Origin: Octopus bimaculoides
Lineage: Eukaryota
Length of the DNA: 49,793 nucleotides
Direction: 5' to 3'
Assembly (NCBI RefSeq): GCF_001194135.2
Contig: NC_069001.1
Coordinates: 8,776,564-8,826,356 of the forward strand
The position numbers were made by a program, and so were the translations under genes. Positions 48,226 through 49,793 of this stretch are shown here, in pieces; within the stretch, counting starts at the first letter, position 1, and every line of letters starts with the position of its first letter. The notes beneath the pieces were generated by a model. The model worked only from the letters and a program-made list of their open reading frames with translations, searched no databases and was not told where the DNA came from.

Positions 48226-48774
48226 GTAAGTATAAATATTGGTTTTTAAACTTTCGCACAAAGCCAGCAATATCAGGTGACAAGGTCAGTCAATTACTTT
48301 CACCCCAGTGCTCAACTGGTACTTATTTCATTGACCCCGAAAGGATGTAAGGCAAAGTTTACCTCAATGGAATTTGAACTGAAAATGTAAAGATGGACAA
48401 AATGCTGCTAAGCATTTTGCCCTATGTGTTAATGATTCTGCCTGCTTGCTGTCTTATAAAATAGGGAAGCTAAGGGGTCTCTGTGTTGCAAATCAAACTG
48501 CCATAGGGTTTAGGAGGGGCTTTTACACAGTCATTCAAACTGTTAGAAATAACAACCAGATGACACGGTCTCTATACAACATAACTTGTAAAAGGCACCT
48601 GTGCTGGTGAAATGTAAAAGGCCTTCTAGGTATGACCATCTCATCTTTCTGTGTATTTAGAATTATCTTACACAATGTGTCTGATTTGAAGATTTGGCTG
48701 CTGTTTCTAGCACAGATGTTCCCTCATAGGTGTGACTGACCTTTTAGAGCTGAACAACTTTGAAGATCAGAATA

Positions 48775-48999
48775 TATGAGTGGGGTGCTGAAAAGTTCCT
48801 GGCTTTGGGTAAAAGAAAATCCAGGAGGATCAGTTAATTATGATTTTATTCAACATGTTCCCTTCTCAGATTCACACACATACTTATTGCAGTGGTCCTT
48901 CAGTTTTTCTAAGCCCTGTAAAAGAACTCAGAAGGTTGGGCCTCCAACCAGGCCTTTCATGATACCCTTAAATCCAAGAACTTTTCAGTAACCCGTCGT
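48775..48999. mobile_element. Mariner-type MITE (second copy, opposite orientation, at 5882-6085)
   Basis: TIR-like tgagtggggtgctgaaaagttcc / aagaacttttcagtaacccgtcg; the body is the reverse complement of 5882-6085. Confidence 0.8.
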
Positions 49000-49066
49000 C
49001 CAAATTGATGAGGTTGTTAAAACACAATTTTCAAGCAGTTAACATTATCCTTTTTTATTTTTACAG

Positions 49067-49174
49067 GAGTTCCTTGATCCCTATTGTGATGTGTTTCTCC
49101 CTAAGTACAGTATTTGGCTGTTGTCTGGTGTTCGCTACTGGTGTATTGTATGGCATCATGGCATTGGGTAAAAA
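49067..49174 (+). CDS. CACFD1: Flower coding exon 4 ([36 protein letters not shown])
   Basis: Acceptor ttttattttacag and donor AA|gtaagt. Matches the family signature [15 protein letters not shown]. The usual final exon was not found and probably lies beyond the window. Confidence 0.93.
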
Positions 49175-49240
49175 GTAAGTAACTCAGAAAAACCAATTTG
49201 AATTTTTGAGAGGAACTCTGAATATTACTATGCTGTAGAT

Positions 49241-49588
49241 CAGGGATTCTCAACCCTTTTTCTATCTATGGATGTCCTTGGTTACTATTTTATTCTGGTG
49301 GAACCCTATAGCCATTCAATGTTTAGAACTAGTTTTATAGAAGCTTCTTTTAAAATTCCTATTTTGTTTTTCACACATTAACTTGTGTAGGTTGAGCTAT
49401 GTAAAATGTTAGAGAAAAAAAAAACCAAGCTGTTTCTTGCAATACACACCCATACATCTAAAGCAAATTTTTTTCAGTGGCCCTTAAAATATTATAGTCG
49501 ATCCCCAATTTACTATTTTGTTACATGGACCCCCAAAAATCTTATATGGATCCTCAGGGATCATATGGACTCCAGTTGAGAACCACTG
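49241..49588. mobile_element. hAT MITE, 348 bp, with perfect 8-bp TSD CTGTAGAT
   Basis: TIRs cagggattctcaacc / agttgagaaccactg; identical flanks at 49233-49240 and 49589-49596. Confidence 0.92.
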
Positions 49589-49793
49589 CTGTAGATATAC
49601 AACAGCATATGACAATTTATAGTTTCTCTAGCAACATAATTTTGTTTTTTTCATTTCATGACAGTATTATATATTGTAAGATCTGCTTGGATGCAATAAC
49701 CTTGAATCTGTTGGTATACCATTCCTCCACTTTGTCAGTTATCTAATGTTCTGCTGCCAGTTCCATCTTCTCCTTTCAGTTCTTCTGTTGGTG

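Noticed and set aside
49167-49178. Intron-retention stop giving a truncated Flower ending LGKK*, like a Lose isoform
   Set aside because: Any phase-2 GTAA donor creates an in-frame TAA, and the same occurs at introns 2 and 3, so it is not evidence of a regulated isoform.

Overview
AT-rich, microsatellite- and SINE-saturated eukaryotic draft sequence with about a dozen N-gaps. The SINE families and the single-exon C2H2 zinc-finger array point to a coleoid cephalopod, most likely Octopus; this is inferred, not database-checked. Four protein-coding genes are supported. (1) A short-N-terminus torsin-activator (LAP1/LULL1, TOR1AIP-family) gene on + at ~21554-22363. (2) A single-exon array of 20 intact C2H2 fingers on - at 23242-25119, with a decayed upstream leader. 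(3) A second, long-N-terminus LAP1/LULL1-like paralog on - at 29140-30345. (4) Four coding exons of calcium channel flower (CACFD1) on + from 37209 to 49174; the usual final exon was not found in the window. The rest is mostly several tRNA-derived SINE families, RTE and other LINE fragments, hAT (Charlie/Buster) and Tc1/mariner MITEs and remnants, fold-back repeats and microsatellites. The most interesting structure is the inverted pair of torsin activators (72% identical luminal domains, both keeping the arginine finger, very different N-termini) bracketing a lone zinc-finger gene, which may parallel the vertebrate LAP1/LULL1 split. Splice-site-like signals in 1-13.3 kb hint at another transcript that I could not resolve. 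No prokaryotic features, CRISPR arrays, rRNA or genuine tRNA genes were found.
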